Part shown: in pieces, positions 1 through 11,683 of the stretch
How the letters are laid out: every line of letters begins with the position of its first letter
Numbering within the stretch: position 1 is the stretch's first letter
Source: Thermoplasmata archaeon
GTDB taxonomy: Archaea; Thermoplasmatota; Thermoplasmata; Thermoplasmatales; Thermoplasmataceae
Direction of reading: 5' to 3'
Assembly: GCA_021820565.1 (NCBI GenBank)
Contig: JAKADL010000001.1
Span: 2,786-66,785 of the forward strand
Length of the DNA: 64,000 bases
The notes under the pieces: generated by a model
Told to the model about the DNA's origin: nothing
Database searches by the model: none
The model's input: the letters and a program-made list of their open reading frames with translations, nothing else
Position numbers and translations under genes: made by a program

Positions 1-204
1 TTAGATTTGTATTTCAATTCACATATTAATCGATAGGATTTCTCCTCAGTCATACAGACTTACACTAGATAACGGTTGATCATTATTGAAAATAAATTGA
101 CAGGATAGATGCCAACTTTTATGCTGTATGGATATTATGAATATACCTTAATTTTCATATCATATGTCACGACGGGGGACTGGACACTTTTAAAATTAAA
201 AAAT

Positions 205-936
205 TCATTCAATTAAATCGAGATTTTTCAATCTTACAATGAAGTCGGCCTTGTTGGTATCAAACAGGGATGTTAACTTTATCAGGTCATCTCCTTCTAT
301 GAGTTCTTTTGCATGGCTCCTGAATGGTAGTATATCCTCTTTCTTTAATATGCCCTTTTCCCCCAGGTCAATTATTGTTTCCCATGCGTTCAATCGTATA
401 TATTGATTTGAGGATTTTAAGACGTTGAACAGGTATTTTTTATTATCCTCGTAATCTGATTGGCTTAAGATATTAGTACTGGTCAACATGGGAACCATGT
501 GCCATGCATCGCTAACTATACCGGGGTTTTCACTCTTGAGACTTTCTATAAATACATTCTTATACGGTTTGATATATGAACTGTCCATATATCCTCCCTT
601 AATTAGATCCACTGCATTCCACCATGCCGTGAGATCGCCTCCCTGCACATAGGGAATCAGATATGATTTTCTTTTATCTATATCCTCTTTAGTGATATAT
701 CCTGCATCTGCGAACCTTCTTGCAAGTACCCACGCATGTACCTTGACCATTTCGTCAGTGGTGGTCAACAAGTCCAGGAAATTTGTCTTATTTTCGACAA
801 CAAATTGCTTCGTGAGAATATTGTTGTCTATCAAAAAATCGACCTTATACCATGCATCCAATCTAGAGAATTTATCCTCCAGCGACAGTGATTTTAAGTA
901 ATATGGTTTGTTATTTTCTATTGTGTTACTCACCAT
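205..936 (-). CDS. Hypothetical alpha-helical repeat (HEAT/ARM-like) protein
   Basis: 243-aa ORF with five ~40-aa repeats centred on an AW motif (DAWYKV, HAWVLA, TAWWNA, DAWHMV, NAWETI). Divergent from sor. Confidence 0.6.
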   Translation of the reverse strand: MVSNTIENNKPYYLKSLSLEDKFSRLDAWYKVDFLIDNNILTKQFVVENKTNFLDLLTTTDEMVKVHAWVLARRFADAGYITKEDIDKRKSYLIPYVQGGDLTAWWNAVDLIKGGYMDSSYIKPYKNVFIESLKSENPGIVSDAWHMVPMLTSTNILSQSDYEDNKKYLFNVLKSSNQYIRLNAWETIIDLGEKGILKKEDILPFRSHAKELIEGDDLIKLTSLFDTNKADFIVRLKNLDLIE

Positions 937-1214
937 GAATATAAATGTTCTATATCTATAAATATTTTATTATAATTTCCTGACTATGAGATTTATATAT
1001 AATATGTGAAAACTGAATGAAAAAATAATAATCAAGAAATAAATTTAGATATTTACTGAAATTAGGATATTTTAATACCATATTAGAATATTTTTTACGA
1101 GTTCAGTCATAATTAGAATGAATTCAAGTGCCAGTATTAATTTATGTAAATAGTCACAAATGTGAATAATAAACCTTATATTTGACATAATAATCTAACT
1201 TATGGTGATAAAAA

Positions 1215-2138
1215 ATGCCTAAACCGTATGTAGCAATAAATGAGGTTGAGATGTTGAATAACGACACGACCATGCAGATGTTCCAGCAGGTTGGTCCAAA
1301 AGTTTGCCAGGTAACAGCCAGGCATCCAGGTTTTGTTGGTTTCCAGAACCATGCACAATTTGGAATAATACCCATGGGAACAAGATGGGGTGGCGGTTCA
1401 ATGGATATGACCAAGATGGATACAATGAATGTTTACCAGTACACAATGTGGAAGAGCATAAAAGACCACGAGGATATGCACAGAGAAAACTTCTCATCCA
1501 TATTCAGACTATGCTCATCCTGCCTTTCACAGGTAGTCTATGGGCCATGGGAGCCATTATATGAAATAGTAGATGCAAACATGCCATTGAACACTGAAAT
1601 GGCAGACTTTACAGTGATGTTCGGAAAGAAATTCGCTGCAGGAGATCCATCAGGAGTACCGCCCATATCAATGCCATATGGACAGAGAACCATTGCATTA
1701 TCAGAACATACAGTAAAGAAAGGGAGTGAGAAGGAATTCGAATCAACCATAGTTGAGGTCATGAAGGACTTCGAAAACGCACCGGGATTCCTCGGATACA
1801 TGATACTGAAAGAGGTTGGAGTGTCAGCAGTAGGATCATTCCAGCTGAAATCAAAGGGTATACATGAATCATTAGAATCTGGTGGAGAAGTACCAACACA
1901 GCAGGAGGGATCATTCACATATGAAGAAGCAAGACCCACACCACCAGAATACAGAGTACATATGGAGTGGGCAAGTCCTAATGATGCAATGTTCGGAATC
2001 GGAAGAGTTCTATTTGCACATCCTGCAAGGGAAATACATGACAAGGTTCTGGACACATTAATAAGGGGACCGTACATAAGATTACTGAACCCCATGATGG
2101 AAGGAACAACCTGGAGAGAATACTTAAACTCTCCATAA
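1215..2138 (+). CDS. sor: Sulfur oxygenase/reductase
   Basis: 307 aa. N-terminus [15 protein letters not shown] (persulfide Cys), HEDMH iron ligands, CSSC motif and GPWEPLYE are all typical of SOR. Confidence 0.97.
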   Translation: MPKPYVAINEVEMLNNDTTMQMFQQVGPKVCQVTARHPGFVGFQNHAQFGIIPMGTRWGGGSMDMTKMDTMNVYQYTMWKSIKDHEDMHRENFSSIFRLCSSCLSQVVYGPWEPLYEIVDANMPLNTEMADFTVMFGKKFAAGDPSGVPPISMPYGQRTIALSEHTVKKGSEKEFESTIVEVMKDFENAPGFLGYMILKEVGVSAVGSFQLKSKGIHESLESGGEVPTQQEGSFTYEEARPTPPEYRVHMEWASPNDAMFGIGRVLFAHPAREIHDKVLDTLIRGPYIRLLNPMMEGTTWREYLNSP

Positions 2139-2421
2139 ATTAATTTTTTATTTAATTTAATAACAAAAATGTCTCAAAGTCTATTATCTTTCGTGAAAAA
2201 TCAATAAATTTTTGCCTTTAAATAACTCCATGCAAATCTTTAGTATTATATGATTGGATTTTCTAATGTGTTGATGTCAGGATATGTATGATTTTACTAT
2301 CAATTGCTTTTAAAAATTTTTTATTATTCCGGATTAGACCGGGGTATTTATTTGATATCCAAGTATAAGTGAACAAGATCTAAAAAATTAATATTATCAT
2401 TTTTATGGTATAAAATGGGTT

Positions 2422-3528
2422 TCAAATATGGAACCATGATTTTTTGACGGGTTCTCCACGCAATTCTTCGATGAGTTCTTTTTCCTTTGATGATAAGTGT
2501 TTAGGTACCTGGAGCTTTAAAACCACAAGGAGGTCGCCATTTCCGTGAGATGTTAGCTTAGGCATTCCTGCCCCTTTCACTCTCAAAACATCGTCGGGCT
2601 GGCTTCCTGATGGAATAGTCAAATTAAATTTTTCCCTGAATAATGGTATCTCTACCGTCCCTCCGAGTGCAGCAGTCGGAAAATCTATGGATTCTTTAAC
2701 ATATAAATTATCGCCTGTACGCCTGACATTTGGATTCTGCTGTACATATACAACAGCATATAAATCTCCCGTAACGCCGCCGAATGAGTTCCCAAGTTTC
2801 TGCGTTCTGAGTCTCGTATTTGTATCAACACCTTTGGGTATAGTAATCGATATGTTTTCCATTTTAGGGATATATCCCTTTCCACCACATACCTTACATG
2901 GCGTTTTCGGTATTTTGCCCCTTCCATTACATGTACGGCATACAACAACCTGAACAAAATTAAAGAAACCCTGTCCCCGGGATATTCTCTCCTTTCCGGT
3001 ACCATGACATGTTGGACAGGTAATAAGTATGCCTCCTTCGGCTCCTGAACCATTACAGGCCTGACACATTGCATTCCGCTTAAATTTAATGGGTTTAGAT
3101 GCACCGTAATATGCATCTTCCAGCGTTATATTGACCTTTATATATATATCCAGATCGGGCTGTGTATCGTAACCACCGTAGAATCCTCCTGAATTGCCAC
3201 CGCTGAATCCACCTCCCCCGAATATTTTACTGAAGATATCGTTGATATCGTCAAAATGGGAAAAGTCTTCCCAGTTAAAGTTTGACCCTGTTGAGCCACC
3301 GCCGTCACCGAACGAAGTGGAACCTGTTGCATCATACTGCTGCCTCTTCTGTGGATCTGAAAGTACCTCGTATGCTTCCGCTACTTCCTTGAATTTCTGT
3401 TCAGCTTCCTTACTTCCTGCATTTACATCAGGATGGTATTTCTTTGCCAGTTCTCTGAATTTTGCCCTGATTTCATCCTGCGAGGCATTTTTGTCCACAC
3501 CGAGGACACTATAGTAATCTGTTGCCAT
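2422..3528 (-). CDS. dnaJ: Chaperone DnaJ
   Basis: J-domain with HPD, G/F-rich linker and four CxxCxGxG repeats. Start moved to the ATG at 3528. Confidence 0.97.
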   Translation of the reverse strand: MATDYYSVLGVDKNASQDEIRAKFRELAKKYHPDVNAGSKEAEQKFKEVAEAYEVLSDPQKRQQYDATGSTSFGDGGGSTGSNFNWEDFSHFDDINDIFSKIFGGGGFSGGNSGGFYGGYDTQPDLDIYIKVNITLEDAYYGASKPIKFKRNAMCQACNGSGAEGGILITCPTCHGTGKERISRGQGFFNFVQVVVCRTCNGRGKIPKTPCKVCGGKGYIPKMENISITIPKGVDTNTRLRTQKLGNSFGGVTGDLYAVVYVQQNPNVRRTGDNLYVKESIDFPTAALGGTVEIPLFREKFNLTIPSGSQPDDVLRVKGAGMPKLTSHGNGDLLVVLKLQVPKHLSSKEKELIEELRGEPVKKSWFHI

Positions 3529-3534
3529 TTCCAC

Positions 3535-5418
3535 TCATTGATTTTCCTTGTAATCGGTATTTACAGTATTATCATCGTTCCCCTGTTCATTCGAGTCCTG
3601 ATTTTCTGTGTTCTGATCCTGGGAAGATTCATTGCTTTCTTCGCCCTGCTGCTGGCTTCCTTCATTGGGCTGCTGTGCCTGAGCCATCTTCTGGTATACT
3701 GCGGTCATTTCCTTTGTTAATGTTTCGGTCAATTCTTTGACCTTGTCCACATCTTTCTTTTCTACAGCGTCTTTGAGATCCTTGATAATTCCATTCATTT
3801 TATCCTTGGTTTCATTATCAAGTTTGTCCCCGGCTTCATTGATTGTTTTTTCCACAGTATATGCCATAGATTCTCCATTGTTAAGGGTTTCAATATTTTC
3901 TTTTTCCTTTTTATCTTCTTCTGCAAACTGTTCCGCTTCTTTTTTCATTTTCTCTATTTCTTCCTTGGATAGTTTGTTCGAAGCACTTATTGATATACTC
4001 TGGGATTTTCCTGTTCCTTTGTCCTTGGCTGAAACATTCAAAATTCCGTTAGCATCAATATCAAATGTTACCTCTATCTGCGGGATTCCCCTTGGAGCGG
4101 GCGCAATACCGGTAAGTGTGAAATTCCCCAGTGAGACATCATCCTTTACAAGGGGCCTTTCACCCTGGACTATATGTATGTCAACTGCTGTTTGCATGTC
4201 TGCCGCCGTTGAAAACACCTGCGTCTTCTTTGTTGGAATTGTCGCATTGGCACTTATTAACGGGGTCATTACCCCGCCAACAGTCTCTATTCCAAGAGTT
4301 AATGGCGTTACATCGATAAGCACTATATCTTTGATATCACCCATGAGGACTGCGCCCTGTATTGCAGCTCCTGTTGCAACAGCCTGCATGGGGTCTACTC
4401 CACCCTCTGCCTTTTTGCCGAAGTAGTCTTCAACATACTTCTTGACATATGGCATTCTTGTGGGTCCACCGATAAGTATAATTTTATTTATATCTCCCTT
4501 TGATAGTTTAGCACCTTCAAGAGCCTTGTTAAGTGACTCTGCCGATCTTCCAACAATAGGAGCAATTAATTCCTCCAATTTTGCTCTTGTAAGTTTATAT
4601 TCAAGATGCTTCGGGCCATCCTGGGTTGCTGTTATATATGGCAGATTAATATCAGATTCCAGGACTGTTGATAGTTCAATTTTAGCTTTTTCTGCAGCGT
4701 CTCTAAGCCTTATATACGCTGATTTATCCTTCCTGAGATCTATTCCTTCCTTTGATTTAAAATCATCAGCAAGGAAATTTACTATTGCCTCATCCATATC
4801 AGTACCACCGAGTTTTGTATCTCCTGAGGTAGACATAACCTCGAATACGCCCTGGCCAAAGTCCATGACTGTTACATCAAGTGTGCCTCCTCCGAAGTCG
4901 TAGATAAGGATTTTCAATGTTTCATTCAGTTTATCAATACCATATGCCATGCATGCAGCTGTTGGTTCATTTATAATTCTCTTAACAGTTAGACCTGCAA
5001 TAGCACCGGCATCCTTAGTTGCCTGCCTCTGATTATCGTTGAAATATGCAGGAACTGTTATGACTGCATCTTTTACCGGCTCCCCCAGAAAAGCCTCTGC
5101 GTCCTTTTTTATTTTCTGCAATATGAATCCAGATATCTGCTGTGGTGTATATTCCTTTCCGAATATTTTGTATTTGAAATCTGTTCCCATTTTTCTTTTA
5201 GCACCGTATATAGTTCCCTCCGGATTCAAAAGTGCCTGCCTTCTTGCCGGTTCTCCAACCAGAAGCTGCCCATCCTTTGTGAAGGCCACATAACTGGGGA
5301 ATGATTTCCCGCCAAGAGAAACACCCTCTGCTGCCGGAATAGATTCCGGCTTTCCAGAGATAACTACTGCCGCTGCTGAATTGCTAGTACCCAAATCAAT
5401 ACCTATTATTTTACTCAT
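3535..5418 (-). CDS. dnaK: Chaperone DnaK (Hsp70)
   Basis: [25 protein letters not shown] and [12 protein letters not shown] motifs. Confidence 0.99.
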   Translation of the reverse strand: MSKIIGIDLGTSNSAAAVVISGKPESIPAAEGVSLGGKSFPSYVAFTKDGQLLVGEPARRQALLNPEGTIYGAKRKMGTDFKYKIFGKEYTPQQISGFILQKIKKDAEAFLGEPVKDAVITVPAYFNDNQRQATKDAGAIAGLTVKRIINEPTAACMAYGIDKLNETLKILIYDFGGGTLDVTVMDFGQGVFEVMSTSGDTKLGGTDMDEAIVNFLADDFKSKEGIDLRKDKSAYIRLRDAAEKAKIELSTVLESDINLPYITATQDGPKHLEYKLTRAKLEELIAPIVGRSAESLNKALEGAKLSKGDINKIILIGGPTRMPYVKKYVEDYFGKKAEGGVDPMQAVATGAAIQGAVLMGDIKDIVLIDVTPLTLGIETVGGVMTPLISANATIPTKKTQVFSTAADMQTAVDIHIVQGERPLVKDDVSLGNFTLTGIAPAPRGIPQIEVTFDIDANGILNVSAKDKGTGKSQSISISASNKLSKEEIEKMKKEAEQFAEEDKKEKENIETLNNGESMAYTVEKTINEAGDKLDNETKDKMNGIIKDLKDAVEKKDVDKVKELTETLTKEMTAVYQKMAQAQQPNEGSQQQGEESNESSQDQNTENQDSNEQGNDDNTVNTDYKENQ

Positions 5419-5424
5419 TTTTTA

Positions 5425-5940
5425 TCACCTTTTTGAAACAATTACCTTTGATGTCCGTATGACATTTCCATTTAGTGTATAACCTTTCTGAACCTCTTCA
5501 AGAACGGTTCCGTCCTCTCCCTGGTCCAGAACCCCTACGGCCTCTTCTATGTTGGGATCGTATTTAGTACCCTTTGCCTCTATTACCTGCAAACCGTTGG
5601 CCTGCAATACTTTCAGAAGCTGGGCTTTGACCGGTTCCAGTTTCGGGTCATGGGCTATACCGGCATCAAGGGTGTCGAGAACAGGCAGGAGTTCTTTTAT
5701 AAGTTCACTGCTTGCGTTTTTTCTGATATTGCTGATCTCGTTCTCTTTGTATTTAGAATAATTTTCCATTTCAGTTCTCTGACGTACATAGAGGCTTTTA
5801 TAATCATTGAGGTCAGCAATAGTGCTGTTGTATAGGTCTTTGTATTTTTTCATTTCTTCCCTGTCCTTCATTTTATTTCTCTTCCTTACCTGTTCTATAT
5901 CGAATTCAAGGGGCCTGCTATATTCTTTATGGTTCATCAT
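5425..5940 (-). CDS. grpE: Nucleotide exchange factor GrpE
   Basis: LLPVLD and QKGYTLNGNVIRTSKVIV motifs; directly upstream of dnaK. Confidence 0.95.
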   Translation of the reverse strand: MMNHKEYSRPLEFDIEQVRKRNKMKDREEMKKYKDLYNSTIADLNDYKSLYVRQRTEMENYSKYKENEISNIRKNASSELIKELLPVLDTLDAGIAHDPKLEPVKAQLLKVLQANGLQVIEAKGTKYDPNIEEAVGVLDQGEDGTVLEEVQKGYTLNGNVIRTSKVIVSKR

Positions 5941-5997
5941 AAGTATATTTGTTCTTCTATATAAATATTTTCTATATAAATATTTACTTTTTTGATA

Positions 5998-6978
5998 TTA
6001 TTTATTAAGGGGGACATCCTTGAAATGTTCATAACCTCTATTATTCACAGGACGCCATGATCCATCATGTATTTCATTTATCCCATTATATGTTTCGCCT
6101 ATTTTATGGACATCTATGTCTTCATTTTTCATAGCATCCATGAATTTTTCGGTGTCCTTATTATCTATAGTAAAGAGGAGTTCATAATCCCCGCCAAATG
6201 AAAGGGCTATATCCTCTATTGAAAAGCCCGAGATTTTTGAAGCTTCTGCAACAGAAGATGCAACAGGAATATTTTCCATATAAATTCTGAACCCTGTTCC
6301 AAAATCTCTATGCATCTGATATATAGATGCATAAATACCATCGGATAAATCCATCATGAATTTTGCACCATTTTCACTGATTTTCTGGGCTTCTGATATT
6401 CTCGGTTCAATATCCAGCATTTTTTTAATTCCCTCCTGCCTGTCTCTACCGTATTTATAATAAATGTAACCTGCGGCTGCTGATCCAAGCGAGTTGGTTA
6501 CAAAGAGTTGCTGTCCTGGAGCTATATAAGACCGCTTCCTAACCAGTTCAGGTTTCTGACGTCCTATTATTGTACCGGATGCCGTAAAATCTTCTCCTTC
6601 CTTTGTATCTCCACCGATAATGGAGGCATTGAATCTAGAAAGTTCATAGGTAATTCCTTTATAAAATTCCTGAAGATATTGTATGTCATATCCGGGGAAA
6701 ACCGAAATAGATACCAGCATACCTTCCGGTATTCCGGCCATTGCAGCTATATCACTGAGATTTATGGCAGCAAAGAATTTTCCAGCCAGAAACGGACTTG
6801 TGCCCTCCGGAAGATGGGTAGCACGGGTTATCAGGTCCGTAGACAGAAGGAGGTCCGTATCACCACAATTCAATACTGCACAGTCATCAATATCACGTTG
6901 TTTTCCTGCCAGTATATCTATAACTTCCCGTTCCCCGAGATCACTGAGCTTCAATGAATTTGTTATAATTTCTGGCAA
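5998..6978 (-). CDS. thiL: Thiamine-monophosphate kinase
   Basis: LGEREVI, DDCAV, NLSDIAAMAG, GGDT, DLSDG and GGDYELLFT motifs. Start uncertain. Confidence 0.93.
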   Translation of the reverse strand: MPEIITNSLKLSDLGEREVIDILAGKQRDIDDCAVLNCGDTDLLLSTDLITRATHLPEGTSPFLAGKFFAAINLSDIAAMAGIPEGMLVSISVFPGYDIQYLQEFYKGITYELSRFNASIIGGDTKEGEDFTASGTIIGRQKPELVRKRSYIAPGQQLFVTNSLGSAAAGYIYYKYGRDRQEGIKKMLDIEPRISEAQKISENGAKFMMDLSDGIYASIYQMHRDFGTGFRIYMENIPVASSVAEASKISGFSIEDIALSFGGDYELLFTIDNKDTEKFMDAMKNEDIDVHKIGETYNGINEIHDGSWRPVNNRGYEHFKDVPLNK

Positions 6979-7047
6979 TTTAAAGTTTTTTGTTTGCCCC
7001 CTGTTAATTGTAAAATTTTTATATATGATAGATATACTCTATCATAG

Positions 7048-7617
7048 GTGATAGTATTTATCAACGAATTGGACAATTTAAGAAATGAAATTTACCTGAA
7101 TTCAAAAGGTATACTTGACCTCCTGGAAAAAAGGAGAATACTTGCCGGTAAGATTGGGGATTTCAAGAATTCTGAGGGTATGAGTGTAAGAAACCGGGAA
7201 AGAGAAATAGATATTTTGAAAACTTTGCCCTCTGACGCCTTCGAGGAATCAATACTTAATATACTCTTTGAATTTTCAATCCACTATGAGGAAAAAATAC
7301 ATTTTGACTGGGTCAATTATTCTGAAGAGAAAAATGGAGTTAAATATATAAAATATGCTGGAAAATATGAAAATCTGATTTTTCTCCTATCTAATATTCT
7401 AAATGCCGGAACAGTTATAGCATGCCACGACAGAATGGTTTCCGGGATAATGGCTCTTGCGGGTCACCACATCATAGATACTATTGATAACCCGGATTTG
7501 ATAATTAAGCTTAACACGGATTTGAATCAGGATATAATGATAAATAATGATATTATGCTGATATCTGAAAAATTTATGGAAAATAAAAAACAGATATACA
7601 ATGTTGCAATTGAATAA
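7048..7617 (+). CDS. Chorismate mutase (AroQ-type) with C-terminal extension
   Basis: LDNLRNEI...LLEKRRILAGKIGDFK...RNRERE matches type II chorismate mutase; adjacent to prephenate dehydrogenase. Confidence 0.8.
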   Translation: MIVFINELDNLRNEIYLNSKGILDLLEKRRILAGKIGDFKNSEGMSVRNREREIDILKTLPSDAFEESILNILFEFSIHYEEKIHFDWVNYSEEKNGVKYIKYAGKYENLIFLLSNILNAGTVIACHDRMVSGIMALAGHHIIDTIDNPDLIIKLNTDLNQDIMINNDIMLISEKFMENKKQIYNVAIE

Positions 7618-7618
7618 A

Positions 7619-8257
7619 ATGAAAATTTTAATAATCGGTTCACAGGGAAGATTGGGAAAAACTTTAATGGAAATTTTACCCGGTTCAACTGGTATCGATA
7701 TTGCCGATGAGGATAAATTATCAGAAGAATTGAAGAAAGCTGAAATAGCATTTCTCGCAGTCCCCTTGAAGGCAGCCATGGATATAATAAATACATACCC
7801 CGATTACCGGACATTTATCGAATTGACCTCAGTAAAATCTCCTATGAGACAATTTTCGAATAAAGTAATAAGTTTGCATCCCATGTTTGGCCCACTTTCC
7901 TATAAAACGAATAAAGATATACTTTTTATATCAGATATCTCACCGAAAAATACATTTGAACTGATCTCGGAGCTATTTAAGAAATATAACATTATTTCCA
8001 TGACCTCCTTTGAACATGATAAACTTATGGAGGAACTGCTCATAAAGCCGTACATACTTTCATATATATCAGACACGGTGGAAACAAACATAGAAACCAC
8101 ATCTCACAAAAAATTATGTGAACTTTCTGCCATAAAATATTCTGAAAATCCGGAAATAATGTTTGATACAATAAAATTCAATAATAATTCATTATCTATA
8201 ATTGAAAATATAGAAGAAAAACTGAAATATCTCAAAAAATTAATAGGTGATAGATGA
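7619..8257 (+). CDS. Prephenate dehydrogenase family protein
   Basis: Rossmann IIGSQGRLG, LTSVK, SLHPMFGP and EHDKLM motifs. Confidence 0.85.
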   Translation: MKILIIGSQGRLGKTLMEILPGSTGIDIADEDKLSEELKKAEIAFLAVPLKAAMDIINTYPDYRTFIELTSVKSPMRQFSNKVISLHPMFGPLSYKTNKDILFISDISPKNTFELISELFKKYNIISMTSFEHDKLMEELLIKPYILSYISDTVETNIETTSHKKLCELSAIKYSENPEIMFDTIKFNNNSLSIIENIEEKLKYLKKLIGDR

Positions 8258-9295
8258 AGATGAAAGTCTTTTTAATAACGTATCGTAATCACCCTGAAAG
8301 AACATCCTATCCTCAAGCTCTATGTGATAGTTGTATTCTGCCAGATCAAGAGAGTTATAGTACTGTGAAAGTTGCTTAAAATCGTGATCGAGTGACCCCT
8401 GAACTATTAGGTCCAGAAGTTCCCTGTCATATTTATCATTATGAACACCTCTCTCACGATTTCCTCCTGTTGGATAGGAAAGAACTGGGTATTCATCGCC
8501 CAGATCTATCAGTAATTTTGCAAGAGAATAAAGCCGGGGTGGTCTGTAAAGGCCCTTCTTCCAGAGCTTTTCCACCAGAGTATTTTTCTGTATATTCATG
8601 GGATTGATGGATATATCCGTGGAATAGGGTGCAACAGCTTTCACTGACTTCATTATATCTTCCATAGCCATTTTTTCTGAAATAAAAGGCGGTTTGAATA
8701 AAAGATATGTTCTCAATTCAATTTTCTCTCTGTTTAAAACACTTGCGGCATCGATAAACTTTTTCATGGTGCTCCCCTTGTTCACCGAATATTTCATTAT
8801 ATAATCATCCGCACTTTCTAGGCCTATGGCAATACGTAAATCTATTCCAGCTTTCTTGAATGGTTCAAGTATTTCTGGCCGGATATATTCTGTTCTGGAT
8901 TCCACAAGTAATTTTTCAACCTTATCCTTAATCCTCTGAATAAAGTAATCTCTCACGGCGGGATGGACTTCATTGGAATCAAGGAAACTTCCTGAGGTGA
9001 AAATTTTCAAAACTTTAGTATCCCCAAGTGAATCGTAAAGTGTATCTATCTGATGCATCAGATTTTCATCAATTATATCGGGAGATGTATCATTGAAGTA
9101 ACCGCACATTGAACATGCTGTAAATTTATACCATGCACATCCAGTCGTTCTGAAAATACATACCATTGTTTTCTCTGGATATCCTCTCAACCTATCAAGT
9201 TCCTTCCATATGGAAACAGGTTTATCAACGTCATTTTTTCTGTTATTCTCGCGCATAAGGCTTTTAATATAAAGTGAATAATCTCTAACTACCAT
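8240..9295 (-). CDS. Archaeosine biosynthesis radical SAM protein RaSEA
   Basis: RTTGC-x-W...CSMCGY, KIFTSGSFLD, ESRTEYI, GLES and YLLFKPPF motifs. Confidence 0.88.
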   Translation of the reverse strand: MVVRDYSLYIKSLMRENNRKNDVDKPVSIWKELDRLRGYPEKTMVCIFRTTGCAWYKFTACSMCGYFNDTSPDIIDENLMHQIDTLYDSLGDTKVLKIFTSGSFLDSNEVHPAVRDYFIQRIKDKVEKLLVESRTEYIRPEILEPFKKAGIDLRIAIGLESADDYIMKYSVNKGSTMKKFIDAASVLNREKIELRTYLLFKPPFISEKMAMEDIMKSVKAVAPYSTDISINPMNIQKNTLVEKLWKKGLYRPPRLYSLAKLLIDLGDEYPVLSYPTGGNRERGVHNDKYDRELLDLIVQGSLDHDFKQLSQYYNSLDLAEYNYHIELEDRMFFQGDYDTLLKRLSSSSITY

Positions 9296-9410
9296 TCTAT
9301 ATAATATTGATTATGTGTATAAGAGCATTGTTGTCATATACGGGAAACGTATCTTTCAAATGAATTTTCTAATGTAAAAAATTATATATTATCTTTAAAT
9401 GAACCTAGAA

Positions 9411-9482
9411 GGGCTCGTAGTCTAGTGGTATGATGTCTCCCTGACACGGAGAAGGTCACCGGTCCGAATCCGGTCGGGCCCA
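9411..9482 (+). tRNA. tRNA-Val(GAC)
   Basis: Acceptor stem GGGCTCG/CGGGCCC, anticodon arm TCTCC-CTGACAC-GGAGA, T-arm ACCGG-TCCGAAT-CCGGT. CCA not encoded. Confidence 0.95.
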
Positions 9483-9637
9483 CTTCTAATCAGGAGTTTA
9501 TAAGTTAAAGCTTATATTTATTTTTTATACTGATTTTATAGGAATAGGAAAAATATATGGAACTTTAAAATTTCTGATAAATATTCTAAAATGATACTAT
9601 TTCAACACTGACGCACAGGACTTTCCACCGGGCAAGC

Positions 9638-10504
9638 TTAAATTAATCTTAACTCTTTAACGCCAGGAAGTAGGTTTTTCCTGTACATTATATCATAGAA
9701 AAATTCCATCCCTGATTTTACATCATCTAAGGATACGTTATATTCTTTGACATCGGCCCCGATTGTACCTTTTATTATGTCCAGACTGATATCGGAATTT
9801 TGCACCTCCCTCATAATCTTTACATCTACCGGCAGAATTTCATCCATGTGGGACTCTGCATATTTTTTACTCCTGTTGTATAATTCCTTGAACTTGAGAG
9901 CATATTCTTCACCGATATCCGAATTTATAACTACTGTACCCATTGGCATGGGCTTGTTTCCTGATAATTCTTTCCACATTTCCCACATACTGGCGATCCT
10001 CTTTGGCTCAACACCCATTTTCTTTAAATCATACATTGCTTTAAGTTCGTGGACAGCTACCATAACACCGTCTTCCTCAACCATGGCATTGACCTCATCC
10101 AGAACTCTGTGAACCACAACAAGCTTTTTGTATTTGCCAATCAATAGCTTATAAAGATTGAATGCTGTTGTATTCAAACCATGTACAATAATTTTTGAAT
10201 TTTTGATTTCATCCATATCCATATTTTTCATTGCAAGAATAGGCATTCCGGTTATCCCATCCACCGCGGATGCTACTGCACTGGAAAGAATGAAGTAATC
10301 TTTCTGTATATATGGATAGAGAGCGGCAGATGGAACTGAAATGTCAACTTCTTTCTTAACAATCTTGTCATTGACTTCCTGGACGGTAGGTATAAATTCA
10401 AATTCCATATTGAAATCATCGCTTTTTATCTTCTTTTCTATTAATGGTATAAATGGGTACAGATCGCCAGAGTCAGCCAGTGCACCGATACGTATAGTTT
10501 TCAT
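9638..10504 (-). CDS. MqnA/MqnD/substrate-binding family protein (MqnD-like)
   Basis: IRIGALADSGD, HGLNTTAFNL, VAVHE and WKELSGNKPMPMG resemble MqnD motifs (TTA, IHE, W..PLPLG). Confidence 0.7.
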   Translation of the reverse strand: MKTIRIGALADSGDLYPFIPLIEKKIKSDDFNMEFEFIPTVQEVNDKIVKKEVDISVPSAALYPYIQKDYFILSSAVASAVDGITGMPILAMKNMDMDEIKNSKIIVHGLNTTAFNLYKLLIGKYKKLVVVHRVLDEVNAMVEEDGVMVAVHELKAMYDLKKMGVEPKRIASMWEMWKELSGNKPMPMGTVVINSDIGEEYALKFKELYNRSKKYAESHMDEILPVDVKIMREVQNSDISLDIIKGTIGADVKEYNVSLDDVKSGMEFFYDIMYRKNLLPGVKELRLI

Positions 10505-10658
10505 ATATGAATATTCAGCGGTCTTATTTAAATAATTTTAAAAGATTCTTTGTATTGCTGGAGTCTCATAAATCCATCTGCACCTTCAGGATTAATCGTA
10601 ATATTTCATTTTGTGAAATCAAGCGCATGATTTTTATATTTAAATGGATTGTATATAT

Positions 10659-11441
10659 ATGTTAAAAATAGCATTAACACAGTTGAATCCTGTTGCAGAA
10701 AAGGATATCAGCCTGCGGAATATAGAATATTACTCTGGTGTTGCAGCTTCGAATTCGGCAGATCTAATAGTATTCCCGGAATATTACATGTTTTATTCTC
10801 CTTATAAAGATAATGTAATTAAAAATTCTGAACCTTTGAACGGGAATTATATTAAAAAATTGAAGGAAATATCAATAGTAAACAAAATCGGCATAATTAC
10901 AGGGATAAATGAAGTTTATGATAATAATTATTATGATACAGCAGTCTTTATACATGAAGGTGAACTGAATAATTATTACAGGAAATCGCACTTATACGAT
11001 GCCTTTGGATATAAGGAATCAGATATCTATACATATGGCAACGGACCATTTAAAATTTCAAGAATAGGAGGGATAAATTTTGGCATGCTTATATGTTATG
11101 ATATAAGGTTCCCAGAAGTATTCAGGAATTATTCACTTAATGATGTGGATATGATCGTTCTTATCTCTGCCTGGTTTTCAGGTCCGGTTAAGGGGGAGCA
11201 GTGGCTATCTCTTGTTTCAGTCCGTGCCCTTGAAAACACGGTTTATCTTGCGACGTCCAATATGGTAAACGGTGGCTTTACAGGAATAACTACATTTACC
11301 GATCCCATAGGAACAATTAGAAACCGGGCTGCGGAAGATGAGGACATGATCTATGCTACGGTCGATCCGGAAAGAATTGCGGCCGTAAGGAAGAAAATGC
11401 CTGTCCTCAGGCAGAGGAGACCTGAACTTTATAAACTGTGA
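10659..11441 (+). CDS. Carbon-nitrogen hydrolase (nitrilase superfamily)
   Basis: Catalytic triad motifs VFPE, YRKSHL and ICYDIRFPE, plus RALEN. Confidence 0.93.
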   Translation: MLKIALTQLNPVAEKDISLRNIEYYSGVAASNSADLIVFPEYYMFYSPYKDNVIKNSEPLNGNYIKKLKEISIVNKIGIITGINEVYDNNYYDTAVFIHEGELNNYYRKSHLYDAFGYKESDIYTYGNGPFKISRIGGINFGMLICYDIRFPEVFRNYSLNDVDMIVLISAWFSGPVKGEQWLSLVSVRALENTVYLATSNMVNGGFTGITTFTDPIGTIRNRAAEDEDMIYATVDPERIAAVRKKMPVLRQRRPELYKL

Positions 11442-11683
11442 CATACATGAGATACGTTATAATGAGAAGGGAAATATCTAAATATCTAATTTCAGGGATA
11501 TCCTGTGACCACCTATTCAGAAAGATTGAAAACCTTGAAGAGGAAGAGGTTATTCTTGATTTTCTTCTGGTATATTATGTGAGCAATGAATTTATTGACG
11601 CCTACATAGCCAACAAAGCGGTATCCACAAAAAAAATTATTGAAAAAAATATGCCGCTGACTATGAAAAATATTACTGGATAA
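11438..11683 (+). CDS. Small STAS-like (DUF4325-like) protein
   Basis: 81 aa; overlaps the nitrilase stop (GTGA); EVILDFLLVYYVSNEFIDAY resembles the STAS-like LDFxxVxxxSxxFxD motif. Confidence 0.5.
   Translation: MTYMRYVIMRREISKYLISGISCDHLFRKIENLEEEEVILDFLLVYYVSNEFIDAYIANKAVSTKKIIEKNMPLTMKNITG

Noticed and set aside
1..200. Possible partial gene at the window start
   Set aside because: The plus-strand frames checked hit early stops and the track lists no ORF here.
3540..3700. Q/E/N-rich low-complexity stretch
   Set aside because: Normal disordered DnaK C-terminal tail.
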